This document shows, piece after piece, positions 1 to 11,338 of a stretch of DNA of 44,353 nucleotides. Origin of the DNA: Catajapyx aquilonaris (Eukaryota); NCBI GenBank assembly GCA_000934665.2, contig JYFJ02003249.1:1-44353 (forward strand), in the 5' to 3' direction. Below the pieces are notes generated by a model. It worked only from the letters and a program-made list of their open reading frames with translations, had not been told where the DNA came from and searched no databases. Each line of letters begins with the position of its first letter. Position 1 is the stretch's first letter. The position numbers and the translations under genes are program-made.

Positions 1-327
1 GGGGGGGGTTCTTTGTTGCAGAGAGAGTGATTGGTCAAAGACCAATGAAAGTATGCCATCTAGTTTATTTCCACTTAAAGAAAATGAACATTCCTTATTA
101 GGACAATGAGATGTATTACAAGCGAGCCCAGATGTCCTAAGCCAATCTGACAAAGCAAGGTGTCACTTAGAACATTCACAATTTATTTACCATCATCATC
201 ATCATCTACATGTGAAGTATATAGTATTTACTTTAGCAACATTTGAGAAGCAGAAGCCAAACTGCTCTAGTACAGTATTTTCGAGAGCTGTGAATTTTTT
301 AAGGAGGTCTTTCTTTGTCAGAAGCAT

Positions 328-696
328 TTAAAAAAACTCAACACAAGTTTCATCATAGTTGACCTTAGTCACTCTCACTAACATTGCCTTTAGAGTTTCC
401 ACACTCAGTTGACTTTTGTCACTGGTCCACACGCTATTCATGAGGGAGAATACCCTTTCAGTGGCAGCATTTGTCCCAGGCAAGCAAAAAAGGAATTCTG
501 CTAACTTAAGATTTTTTTTGTATGGGACATGGTTAGTTTTGAAATGTGACACCATACGAATATACTTATTCATTCCTTTCCGGGACAACTTGGCCGAATT
601 CGGGACAAATGGGGACGAATGACCCTTGAAAAAATCCGGGACAAAGGGTGAAAATTCGGGACTGTCCCGGAAAATTCGGGACGTCTGGTCACCTTA
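328..696 (-). mobile_element. hAT-family DNA transposon, internally deleted: terminus at 696 joined almost directly to the C-terminal hATC dimerization-domain coding remnant
   Basis: ORF 328..588(-) contains LPGTNAATERVFSLMNSVWTSDKSQLSVETLKAML, matching the hATC 'P.S.A..ERVFS' pattern. The reverse complement of 650-696 reads TAAGGTGACCAGACGTCCCGAATTTTCCGGGACAGTCCCG, a typical hAT terminus with subterminal CGGGAC repeats (581-682). The other end is not identified in the window. Confidence 0.75.
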
Positions 697-962
697 CATA
701 TCAACAAGACGTGGGTTCTAAAATATACCATGGAATTGGCCAACCTCTCTTCCCTCTTCTGTCACACGAGCAGATACTTTTCAATGTATTGACTATATAC
801 AATCATTCTTTGAACAATGCCTTAAATGATCGCTAATTCAAAATAAACATGCACTGCCTGTTATATACTGTAATAAAATGGCAAAAGTTCATTGTAATGA
901 TCATTTTAATGCATTTTTTCCTTGGGGTCCAAAAAGACCCCACGGCACAGTTCCAGGGTTAA

Positions 963-1352
963 GGGTGGGATAAAGGTCCCGGCGCTTATAGAGGTTGACA
1001 TGTTAAGTGTCGGGCATAAGAACTCCGTAATTACTGAACAGAATGACATGAATTTTTTGACACAACACGACACAACAACCCTTGTCACGGTTATGTTGAG
1101 CGAAACCTGTTTTAGGGATTCAGTTAATTATGAAAACCACGAAACTGAGATGAATTTGAAGGCATGTGAGGAAATAATGTCCCGTGAAGAATAAGGACCA
1201 AATGAGCAAAATCGCTCAACAAACCAGTGATGTAGAATGCTGTGACGAATGGGGAAAAAATAATCATGTCATTCTGTTCAGTAATTACGGAGTTATTAGT
1301 CCCGACATTTAACATGTCAACCTCCATAAGCGCCGGGACCTTTATCCCACCT
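963..1352. mobile_element. Non-autonomous MITE with ~95 bp terminal inverted repeats and TTAA flanks (Kolobok-like RR termini)
   Basis: TTAA(959-962)-GGGTGGGATAAAGGTCCCGGCGCTTAT...GAATGACATG mirrors CATGTCATTC...ATAAGCGCCGGGACCTTTATCCCACCT-TTAA(1353-1356). The superfamily is inferred only from the TSD and terminal bases. Confidence 0.7.
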
Positions 1353-1925
1353 TTAAACACAGGGAGGGAATGGAGGCTGGTTCGACGTCAGGCCGCATGT
1401 CGCTACCTACCCCGTGAACCGTGATTGGTCGGTTCGAGGCCCTGCCTCCCCGGCCTTGCGCTCACTGCGTACAGAGCCGCAAGCGATGCGTTTAGTTGTG
1501 TCAGGATGTTTCGAACAGCCCTGAACGACCCTCAGAGCCTGTCCACGCCCCCTTCTCATTGAACACGTCACTGTACGCCATTGCGAGCCGCACGCTCCGA
1601 CCAAAATACGGGCCTAGTAGATCTATTCCTGACTTAATAAGGCAAAGCCGAATAAGGTATGTTCTCACTGGGGCAACAATTCAATCTGAAACCAAAAATT
1701 GCATCTTGTTTTGTGTCCCTAAGTGTATACCGAACTTCTTTTACTATATATATATGTGACTCAAGGCCCTTTTACGCCGCAAGCTTTAAATAGTGGAAAC
1801 GCCAGTTTTCTACTCCCATAAACACAAAACTATTGTGGTGCAATTTTTTCGCCCTATTTTGGTCCATTGCACCTGTGAGACTATACATTTAGGCCAATCA
1901 CTTGAGTATTTTGTGTAATCCAAAA

Positions 1926-2164
1926 TTATGTGTGTTATTGCGGATGAATGTGATGAACAGTACTGAAATAATGATAATAATGTAGTAATTTATTTCCTGC
2001 ACCTGCCAATCTTGGTGATTGCGACTGATTCTTTCCTTTGGTACTTATGTGTGTTATTGCGGATGAATGTGATGAACAGTACTGAAATAATGATAATAAT
2101 GTAGTAATTTATTTCCTGCACCTGCCAATCTTGGTGATTGCGACTGATTCTTTCCTTTGGTACT
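1926..2164 (+). repeat. Near-perfect tandem duplication, ~119 bp period, in the 5'UTR intron of ARH3 copy 1
   Basis: TTATGTGTGTTATTGCGGATGAATGTGATG...CTTTCCTTTGGTACT occurs at 1926 and again at 2045. It is single-copy upstream of the other paralogs. Confidence 0.9.
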
Positions 2165-2183
2165 ATATTAAAGGTAGCGGAGG

Positions 2184-3928
2184 ATGGCAGAATCCACTGA
2201 CCTGATGACACCCACAGAATCACAGATGGACATCAACGATGCTCCAATGGACATGGAGCTCCTGGCAGATAAGTTCAGGGGCTGCCTGGCTGGAGCCCTG
2301 ATGGGGGACTGCCTGGGTGTTCCCTTTGAATTTCAGTTCAAGATAGTGAACCTCTCAGAGCTTAACAAGTACTTCCACAATCTAAATGACCCTGACAGCG
2401 AAGGTACGGACAGGCTCAAAGCAGACATCTTCTTTTTGCCTTTGTTTCACCTGTTGCTATATTTGCAGAGTCGTTCAAGAAGTACACGGACGACACTGCA
2501 ATGACCCGCTGCATTGCGCGTTCCCTGCTGGCAAAGAGAGGATTTGATGCAAAGGACATGGCCAAACGGTCAGTTTTCTGCTTCAGAATTGGAAATTCAG
2601 TTGTTGCATGGACAGGAGGGCCTCGTAAACACAGTATAAGAAATCATGAGTATATTTGGGTATGATAGATCATAAGTGAGGCTTTGCGTTTCATTCCTCA
2701 TACACTGTGTATTTTGTCTGGAGGACTTGTGCATTATTATGTCATGCTTTGAAAACTTGTCATTACAGATTTGTAAAGGAATATTACTCAGCCCCAGGCC
2801 GAGGTTATGGTCATCTTATCAGGAATGTATTTTTTGCACTGAAGAAAATGAATGTGCAGGATCCATTCGGCCCTGCAAAGGCACAATTTGAGGGAGCAGG
2901 CTCGTACGGCAATGGTGGTGCAATGCGAGTTTCTCCCGTTGCTCTATTTGCATTCAACAATGAGGACGAACTAATTGAGCTGGCCAAGAAATCTTCCCTC
3001 ATAACACACACGCACCGGATGGGGTACAATGGCGCAATTTTGCAGGTATTTAAAGTGCTTTTTTCTTACCTGAAAGCTTTCGTGAACAAACACACATGCA
3101 CAGTAAAAATTACACAAAAATTAATAATGTGGATTTCAGTGAGTGCAGGTCGAAATAATTCAACAAGTTAGGGACAGAACCATTATGTTTTGTATTGTTG
3201 AAAATTAATTGTGAAACTTGCATTCTGCCTGAGACTTGCTACACTCAAATCACACACCAGTTCTCAACAAATATTACTGTTATTTGAATGCATATGCTTT
3301 TTTGTGCAGTGCTTGGCTGTCCATGAAGCATTGAAATCCAACCCACGCGAGCCCCTGAATGCAACTGAATTCCTCTCCAACCTGAAGAAGAAAATGGAGA
3401 AGTTGGAAACAGAGTCGGAGAAGAACTTCCCGGAAGATAAGACCTTTGAATCACATGCATATGCCAAAAAACTAGACGAAGTGAAGGAACTACTGGAGAT
3501 GAGTTCCAGTGAGAGGGGTGACGGAAGAGACTTTGATGATCTGGCAGTAGATTCCCTGGGAAATAACATTACTGCATTAGGTTCAGTGCCAATAGCAATA
3601 TTCGCAGTCCTTTCTGCTCAGGAAAGCCTTCCCAACATTGAGGCAAGTACTGCATTATTATGATTTGTACCACAGTTTTATGTCGGCGGTTATATTTTTT
3701 CAGACTGATAATAAGTTCCAGCGATGCGTCCAGTACGCCATATCCCTTGGAGGAGACACGGACACCATTGGGTCAATGGCAGGTGCAATAGCTGGTGCTC
3801 ACTTGGGTTTTGAAGCCACCCCAAAGACCCTCCACAGACACTGCGAGGAGTTGGGTATATCTGTCAAGTTGGCTGACGAATTATTTCATGTTGTGATTGG
3901 GAAGGGTCGCTCATGTCAGCTTATGTAA
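2184..3928 (+). CDS. ADPRS: ADP-ribosylhydrolase ARH3-like, copy 1 (type A), ~384 aa; exons 2184-2403, 2469-2568, 2769-3045, 3310-3642, 3704-3928
   Basis: Motifs FRGCLAGALMGDCLG.PFE, YTDDT, RGYG, GSYGNGGAMR, THTH..GYNGAILQ, LGN, GGDTDTI. Exons sum to 1155 nt in frame. The last intron is GC-AG. Ends SCQLM*. Confidence 0.9.
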
Positions 3929-4950
3929 CGTTATGTGAGCATTTTCTATTAAAAGGCACACACTGTAGCCCCAGAAATTCTGGGTGCGTATGAGTATATC
4001 CACACTCAAATTCGGTGTTTTTCTTTCCCCCTCCTTCACCTGACAACCCCGACGCTCATGAACCTGGTAACCCGTCTAAAGATGGCGGCGTCCAGTGGCC
4101 CACTGGCCCAACAACATTGCAAAATATTTCACTGCGTACTACACTACTTGACACTTGGTCGCACAGCACTTCAGCTTGGGCACCTGCACTGACAGGTAAC
4201 CATTTCTGTAAGGCTTTCCACTGCATGTCCCTTTTACACTGTTTAATATTTTGCTCACTGTTATGCTGTTGTTGAATATGTCCTGATATTTATGGAACTT
4301 GAGCAAACAATGCTGTCTGGTATACTCAGTATTGATGAGACATTCATTCAGGATGAGGACTTGTCATTCGTGTGTTGCATGGGAAGCTGATGAGTCATAT
4401 GTATCTGTGCTACACTAATCAACCGGCTATAGAAACCTTTCCCTGCACTGCAGAGATCTGATAGCATCAAAAGCAATATACTTACAAATACTGGATGCCC
4501 AGCAGGCCAATAAGGTATGTTCTCATTGCTGGTGCAACAATTCAATCTAAGACCAAAAATTGCACGTTATTGTTTTGTGTCCCCAAATGTAGTCAACTGA
4601 TTCTACGTATGTGATTCAAGGCCCTTTACTTGAATTGAGCCGCTCCCTTTTACGTCGTAAGCTTTAAATTTAGTGGAAACGCCAGTTTTCTACTACAGCT
4701 GTATAAACACAAAACTACAGTAATGCAATTATTTGCCCAATTTTTGTCCATTGCACCTGTGAGACTGAACATTTAGGCCAATCACTTAACCTTTTTTTTT
4801 GCCATCTGAAATGATGTGTGTCATTGTGGCTGAATGTGATGAACAGTACTGAAATAATGAAAATAATGCAGTAATTTATTTCCTGCCCCTGCCAATCTTG
4901 GTGATTGCGACAGTTTATTTGCCTGGTACTACATCTACAGGTGGCAGAGG

Positions 4951-7081
4951 ATGGCCGAGTCCAGCAGTGACCTGATGACATCCACAGCATCACAGATGGA
5001 CATCGACAATGTTCCTATGGACATGGAGCTCCTGGCAGATAAGTTCAGGGGCTGCCTGGCCGGAGCCCTGATGGGAGACTGCCTGGGTGCTCCCTTTGAA
5101 TTTCGGTTCAAGATAGTGAACCTCTCAGTGCTTAACACGTACTTCCACAATCTCAATGACCCTGACAGCGAAGGTATGGACAGGCTCAAAGCAGACATCT
5201 TCTTTTTGCCTTTGTTTCACCTGTCGCTCTATTTGCAGAGTCGTTCAAGAAGTACACGGACGACACTGCAATGACCCGCTGCATTGCGCGTTCCCTGCTG
5301 GCAAAGAGAGGATTTGATGCAAAGGACATGGCCAAACGGTTAGTTTGCTGCTCCTGAATTGGAAATTCAGTTGTTTCATGGACATGAGGGCCTCGTAAAC
5401 ACAGTATAAGAAATCATGAGTATGTTTGGGTATGATAGATAAGTGAGGCTTTATTTTGCTTTGTCTGGAAGACGTATGTATTACATCATTATTTCAAAAC
5501 TCGTCATTGCAGATTCGTAAAGGAATTTTACTCAGGCCCACGCAGAGGTTATGGTCCTCACATCATGAATGTATTTTCTGAACTGAAGGAAATGAAAGTG
5601 CAGGATCCATTTGGACCTGCAAATGCACAATTTTGGGGATCAGGATCATATGGCAATGGTGGTGCAATGCGAGTTGCTCCTGTTGCTCTATTTGCATTCC
5701 ACAATGAGAATGAACTAATTGACCTTGCCAAGAAGTCTACTCTGATAACACACACCCACCGGATGGGGTACAACGGTGCGATTTTGCAGGTAATTAGTGC
5801 CCTTTTTGCTTTCCTTAATACTTTTATGAACACACACATATCAGGGGACATAGTCAGAGACAGAACTATTGTGTTACCGTATTATCCCGCAAATAGCGGC
5901 ATGCCGGTATAAAACGAGGTCGACCAGCATGCCGGTATAACCTGGGGGTGGCCGGCATGCGGCAATATCCGAGGTAGATTTTCTTAATTTTGAGTCAAGG
6001 TGTTAAATTTTTTGCGATGCTTCTGGTAGCATACTAAAATAATGTTCCGGCTAAAAATGTGCGAGTGCAGGTCTGTGACAATGTGCAACTCATGTGTGAC
6101 CAATCCCATCGTCAGACAGCTTTGAGAGGGGAAATCCCTGGCTCAACACAAAGGATCAAGGCCAACGCTTTCAGCCCTTCGCCTTGCTCAATAGCTGTGA
6201 AAATAGCTAGTGTAAAACCTCGTCTTATACCGGCATACCTCGTCTTATACCGGCATGCCGGTATAACCACCTCATTGAGCATTTCTAAAACCTGGTCGAC
6301 CTCGCCTACACCGGCATGCAGCTACTTGCCGGGTAATACGGTATTTATTATTGAAAATTAATTATGAAACTCGAATTTTGTCAGAGACTCGCCAAACTCA
6401 AATGACATAAGTTACTGAACAAATGTTACTGTTATTTGATTGCATTTGCCTATTTTGTGCAGTGCTTGGCTGTCCATCAAGCATTGAAATCCAACCCACA
6501 TGAGCCTTTGAATGCAACTGAATTCCTCTCCTACCTGAAGAAGCAAATGGAGAAGTTGGAAACAGAGTCAGAGAAGAACTTCCCGGAAGATAAGACCTTT
6601 GAATCACATCCATATGCCAAAAAACTAGACAAAGTGAAGGAACTACTGGAGAAGAGTTCCAGTGAAAGGGGTGACGGAAGAAACTTTGATGATATGGTAG
6701 TAGATTCCCTGGGAAATAACATTAGAGCATTATATTCAGTGCCAATAGCAATATTCGCAGTCCTTTCTGCTCAGGAAAGCATTCCCAATATTGAGGCAAG
6801 TACTGTATTATTATGATTTGAACCATAGTTTTATGTCTGCTGTTGTCTTTTTGCAGACTGATAATAAGTTTCAGCGATGCGTCCAGTACGCCATATCCCT
6901 TGGAGGAGACACGGACACCATTGCGTCAATGGCAGGTGCAATAGCTGGTGCTCACTTGGGTTTTGAAGCCACCCCAAAGACACTCCACAGACACTGCGAG
7001 GAGCTGGACACAGCTGTGAAGTTGGCTGACGAATTATTTCATGTTGCTATGGGGAAGGGCCGCTCATGTGAGATTATGTAA
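4951..7081 (+). CDS. ADPRS: ARH3-like copy 2 (type B), ~385 aa; exons 4951-5173, 5239-5338, 5513-5789, 6463-6795, 6857-7081
   Basis: Same motifs and exon sizes (223/100/277/333/225), frame intact. A MITE sits in intron 3. Ends SCEIM*. Confidence 0.9.
5877..6341. mobile_element. Tc1/mariner-pogo-type MITE (TA TSD, CCGTA termini) in intron 3 of ARH3 copy 2
   Basis: TA|CCGTATTATCCCGCAAATAGCGGCATGCCGGT ... ACCGGCATGCAGCTACTTGCCGGGTAATACGG|TA. The paralogous empty site in copy 4 (~12281-12300) reads GTGTTATTTATTATTGAAAA, confirming the TA duplication. Confidence 0.85.
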
Positions 7082-7269
7082 CGTTATGTAAGCTTTTTTT
7101 TTAAATAACCTCTTCATTGTAATGCAGTACTTCCGAGTGTTTAATAAAAATGATTGTTATTCTGTTATTTAATCACTACAGGGCCAACACTGTTTTATCG
7201 TACACACTATAATAAAAGCCCTGAAATTCTCTGTGCGTATGAGGAACTGTATCCAGACTAAATTGCAGT

Positions 7270-7930
7270 GTTTTTCACCGGACAACCCCGACGCCCATGA
7301 ACCTGCCATAGATAGATGGAACCTGCTAACCCGTCTAAAGATGTCGGCGCCCAGTGGCACAACAACATTGCAAAATATTTCACTGAGTACTTGACACTTG
7401 GTCGCACAGCACTTCAGCTTGGTGACTTGCACTGACAGGTAACCATTTCTGTAAGGCTTTCCACTGCATGTCCCTTTCACGTTGTTTCAATATTTTGCTC
7501 ACTGTTATGCTGTAGTTGAATATGTCCTGACCTCGCATACCCTTTTTTGATATGTATGGAACTTGAACAAACAATGCTGTCTAGTATACTCACTCTGAAG
7601 ACCAAAAATTGCTCATTGTTTTGTGTCCCCATCAAGTATGTGATTCAAGCCCATTTACTTGAATTAAGCCTCACTCTTTTACGTCGCAAGCTTTTTTAGT
7701 GCAAATGCCACTTTTCTACTATAAACACAAAACTATGGTGATGCAATTATTTGGCCTAGTTTGGTCCATTATTGCACCTGTGAGACTGACCATTTAGGCC
7801 AATCACTAAAATTGGCAAAATGTGGATAAGAGAGACGTTGTTGTACTACAATCTGTTGGTTGTATAGAGGATATTGTGGCAGAGTTTTGAAATTCATCGT
7901 TGCAGATTTGTAAATGAATTTTCCTCAGAT
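7270..7930 (+). pseudogene. Truncated relic of an additional ARH3 copy: promoter/5'UTR region followed, after a deletion, by the start of coding exon 3
   Basis: 7270-7810 repeats the 4030-4790 upstream region of copy 2. 7895-7929 TCGTTGCAG|ATTTGTAAATGAATTTTCCTCAGAT resembles the exon 3 acceptor and start (FVNEFSSD vs FVKEFYSD). Confidence 0.55.
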
Positions 7931-8534
7931 AGATTCCGTAACTTCCGTACAAGTAGGCCTACTGTAGTTGAATGTGTCATTTCCTCACATGTTCCTCAAC
8001 CAGATGGAGACTTCCGTTTCTGTGGTTTTGTGATAATAAACGTTGTGGCTACTTGAATGCTTCACAGGCATTGGCCAGCTGCCACACCAACCCTAAGGAA
8101 CTAATGAACCCTTCCAGATCTATTCCTGACTTATTAAGGCAGAGCTGAATAAGGTATGTTCTCAGCAATTCAATCTGAAACCAAAAATTGCACCTTGTTT
8201 TGTGTCCCCAAGTGTACTGAACTTCTTTTCCCTTTTACGCCGCAAGCTTTAAATTTACAAGTGGAAATGCCTGTTTTCTGCTATAAACACAAAACTATGG
8301 TGATTGCAATTATTTGCCCTAGTTTGGTCCATTGCACCTGTGAGACTGAACATTTAGGCCAATCACTTAACCTTTTTTTGCCATATGAAATGATATGTGT
8401 CATTGCAGATGAATGTGATTAACAGTACGGAAATAATGAAAAATAATAATGTATAGTAATTTATTTCCTGCACCTGTCAATCTTGGTGATTGCAGTTATT
8501 CTTTGCCTGGTACTACATTTAGAGGTGGCAGAGG

Positions 8535-10310
8535 ATGGCCGAGTCCAGCAGTGACTTGATGACACCCACAGCATCACAGATGGACATCAACGATGCTCCA
8601 ATGGACATGGAGCTCCTGGCAGATAAGTTCAGGGGCTGCCTGGCTGGAGCCCTCATGGGAGACTGCCTGGGTGCTCCCTTTGAATGTAGGTCCAAGATAG
8701 TGATCCTCTCAGAGCTTAACAAGTAGTACTTCCACAATCTCAATGACCCTGACAGCAAAGGTATGGACAGGCTCAAAGCAGACATCTTCTTTTTGCCTTT
8801 GTTTCACCTGTCGCTATATTTGCAGAGTCGTTCAAGAAGTACACGGACGACACTGCAATGACCCGCTGCATTGCGCGTTCCCTGCTGGCAAAGAGAGGAT
8901 TTGATGCAAAGGACATGGCCAAACGGTTAGTTTTCTGCTCATGAATAAGCTCTTGATACTGGAAATTCAGTAGTTGCATGTGGACAGGGAGGACCTCGTA
9001 AACACAGTATAAGAAATCATGTACGTATGTTTGGGAATGATAGATCATAAGTGAGGCTTTGTGTTTCGTTTCCCATATTCTGTGTAATTTGTCTGGAGGA
9101 CTTATGCATTATGTCATACTTTGAAAACTTGTCATTGCAGATTTGTAAAGGAACATTACTCAGCCCCAGGCCGAGGTAGTGGTGCTCATATCAGGAATGT
9201 ATTTTTTGCACTGAAGAAAATGAAAGTGCAGGACGATCCATTTGGCCCTGCAAAAGCACAATTTGAAGGAGCAGGCTCGTACGGCAACGGTGGTGCAATG
9301 CGAGTTTCTCCCGTAGCTCTATTTGCATTCAACAATGAGGACGAACTAATTGAGCTGGCCAAGAAATCCTCCCTCATAACACACACGCACCGGATGGGGT
9401 ACAATGGCGCAATTTTGCAGGTAATTAAAGGGCCTTTTTCTTACCTTAAAGCTTTTGTGAACAAACACACATGCACAATAAAAATTGCAAAAAACAAATG
9501 TGGATTTCAGTGAGTGCAGGTCGAAATTCAACAAGTCAGGGACAGACCATTATATGTTATTTATTGTTGAAAATTAATTGTGAAACTTGCTTTCTGTATG
9601 AGACTTGCTAGACTCATATCACATACCAGTTCTCAACAAATGTTACTGTTATTTGAATGCATATGCTTTTTTTGTGTAGTGCTTGGCTGTCCATCAAGCA
9701 TTGAAATCCAACCCACATGAGCCATTGAATGCAACCTTGATGCAACTGAATTCCTTTTCAACTTGAAGAAGAAAATGGAGAAGTTGGAATCAGAGTCGGA
9801 GAAGAACTTCCCGGAAGATAAGACCTTTGGACCATATCCATATTCAAAGAAGCTAGACAAAGTGCAGGAACTACTGGATATGAGTTCCAGTGAAAGGGGT
9901 GACGGAAGAGACTTTGATGATCTGGTAGTAGATTCCTTGGGAAATGATGTTACAGCATTTGGTTCAGTGCCAATAGCGATATTCGCAGTCCTTTCTGCTC
10001 AGGAAAGCCTTCCCAACATTGAGGCAAGTACTGCATTATTATGATTTGCACCACAGTTTTATGTCTGCCGTTATATTTTCTACAGACTGATAATAAGTTC
10101 CAGCGATGCATCCAGTACGCCATATCCCTAGGAGGAGACACGGACACCATTGGGTCAATGGCAGGTGCAATAGCTGGTGCACAATTGGGCTTTGAAGCCA
10201 CCCCAAAGACACTCCACAGACACTGCGAGGAGTTGGGTACATCTGTGAAATTGGCTGACGAATTATTTCATGTTGTGATGGGGAAGGGTCGCTCATGTCA
10301 GCTTATGTAA
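8535..10310 (+). pseudogene. ADPRS: ARH3-like copy 3 (type A), disrupted; exons 8535-8760, 8826-8925, 9141-9420, 9680-10023, 10086-10310
   Basis: In-frame TAG inserted at 8724-8726 (AAG TAG TAC vs AAG TAC). An 11-nt duplication CTTGATGCAAC at 9736-9746 makes exon 4 344 nt instead of 333 (frameshift). RGYG is changed to RGSG. Confidence 0.88.
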
Positions 10311-11338
10311 CGTTATGTGAGCATTTTCTTTTAAAATAAACCCTTTCATTGAAATGCAGTACTTCAGAGTGTTTAATAAAAATGATTGTGTGGGGCCAAC
10401 ACTACTGTTTCATGCTGTTTTTTACCCCCCNCCGACCCTGTTGAACCTGGCAACCCGTCTAAAGATGGCGGCGTCCAGTGGCCCAGCGACAACATTGCAA
10501 AATAATAATAATAATATTTCAATGCGTAGTGCGTACTTGACCAAATGTACTTGACACTTGGTCGCACAGCACTTCAGCTTGGGCACTGACAGGTAACCAT
10601 TTCTGTAAGGTTTACCACTGCATGTCCCTTTCATACTGTTTAATATTTTGCTCACTGTTATGCTGTAGTTGAATTGTTGAATAATTATGTCGCTGATATT
10701 TATGGGACTTGAACAAACAATGCTGCATTGATGTGACATTCGTTCAGGATGTTGACTTGTCATTCGCGTGATGCACTGGAAGCTGAAGAGTCATATGTGT
10801 CTGTCCCACACTAATAATCAAACGACTATAGGAACCTTTTCCTGCACTGCAGAGATCTGATAGCATCAAAAAGCAATACTTATACAAATACTGGAATGCC
10901 CAGCAGGCCAATAAGGTATGTTCTCACTGCTGGTGCAGCAATTCAATCTAATAAGACCAAAAATTGCACATTGTTTTGTGTCCCCCAATGTATGTATGAT
11001 TCAAGCCCCTTTACTTGAATTAGGCCTCTCCCTTTTCCGTTGCAAGTGCAAATGCCACTTTTCTACTATAAGCACAAAACTATGGTGATGCAATTTTTAT
11101 TTACCAATTTTGGTCCATTGCACCTGTGAGACTGAACATTTAGGCCAATCACTCAACCTTTTTTATGCCATCTGAAATTATGTGTGTTATCATTAGCTCT
11201 TGGTGTTATTGTGGATGAATGTGATTAACAGTATACTGAAAAAATGAAAATAACGTAGTAATTTATTTCTTGCACCTGCCAATCTTGGTGATTGCGACTG
11301 ATTCTTTGCCTGGTACTACATTATAAAGGTGGCAGAGG

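Noticed and set aside
906..1424. Mirror-image ORFs (GGIKVPAL...) on both strands
   Set aside because: A by-product of the MITE inverted repeats; no protein features.
5632..5640. Gly-to-Trp change (QFWGSG) in copy 2 as a functional switch
   Set aside because: A single base at a T/G homopolymer boundary; could be an error, so it is not relied on.
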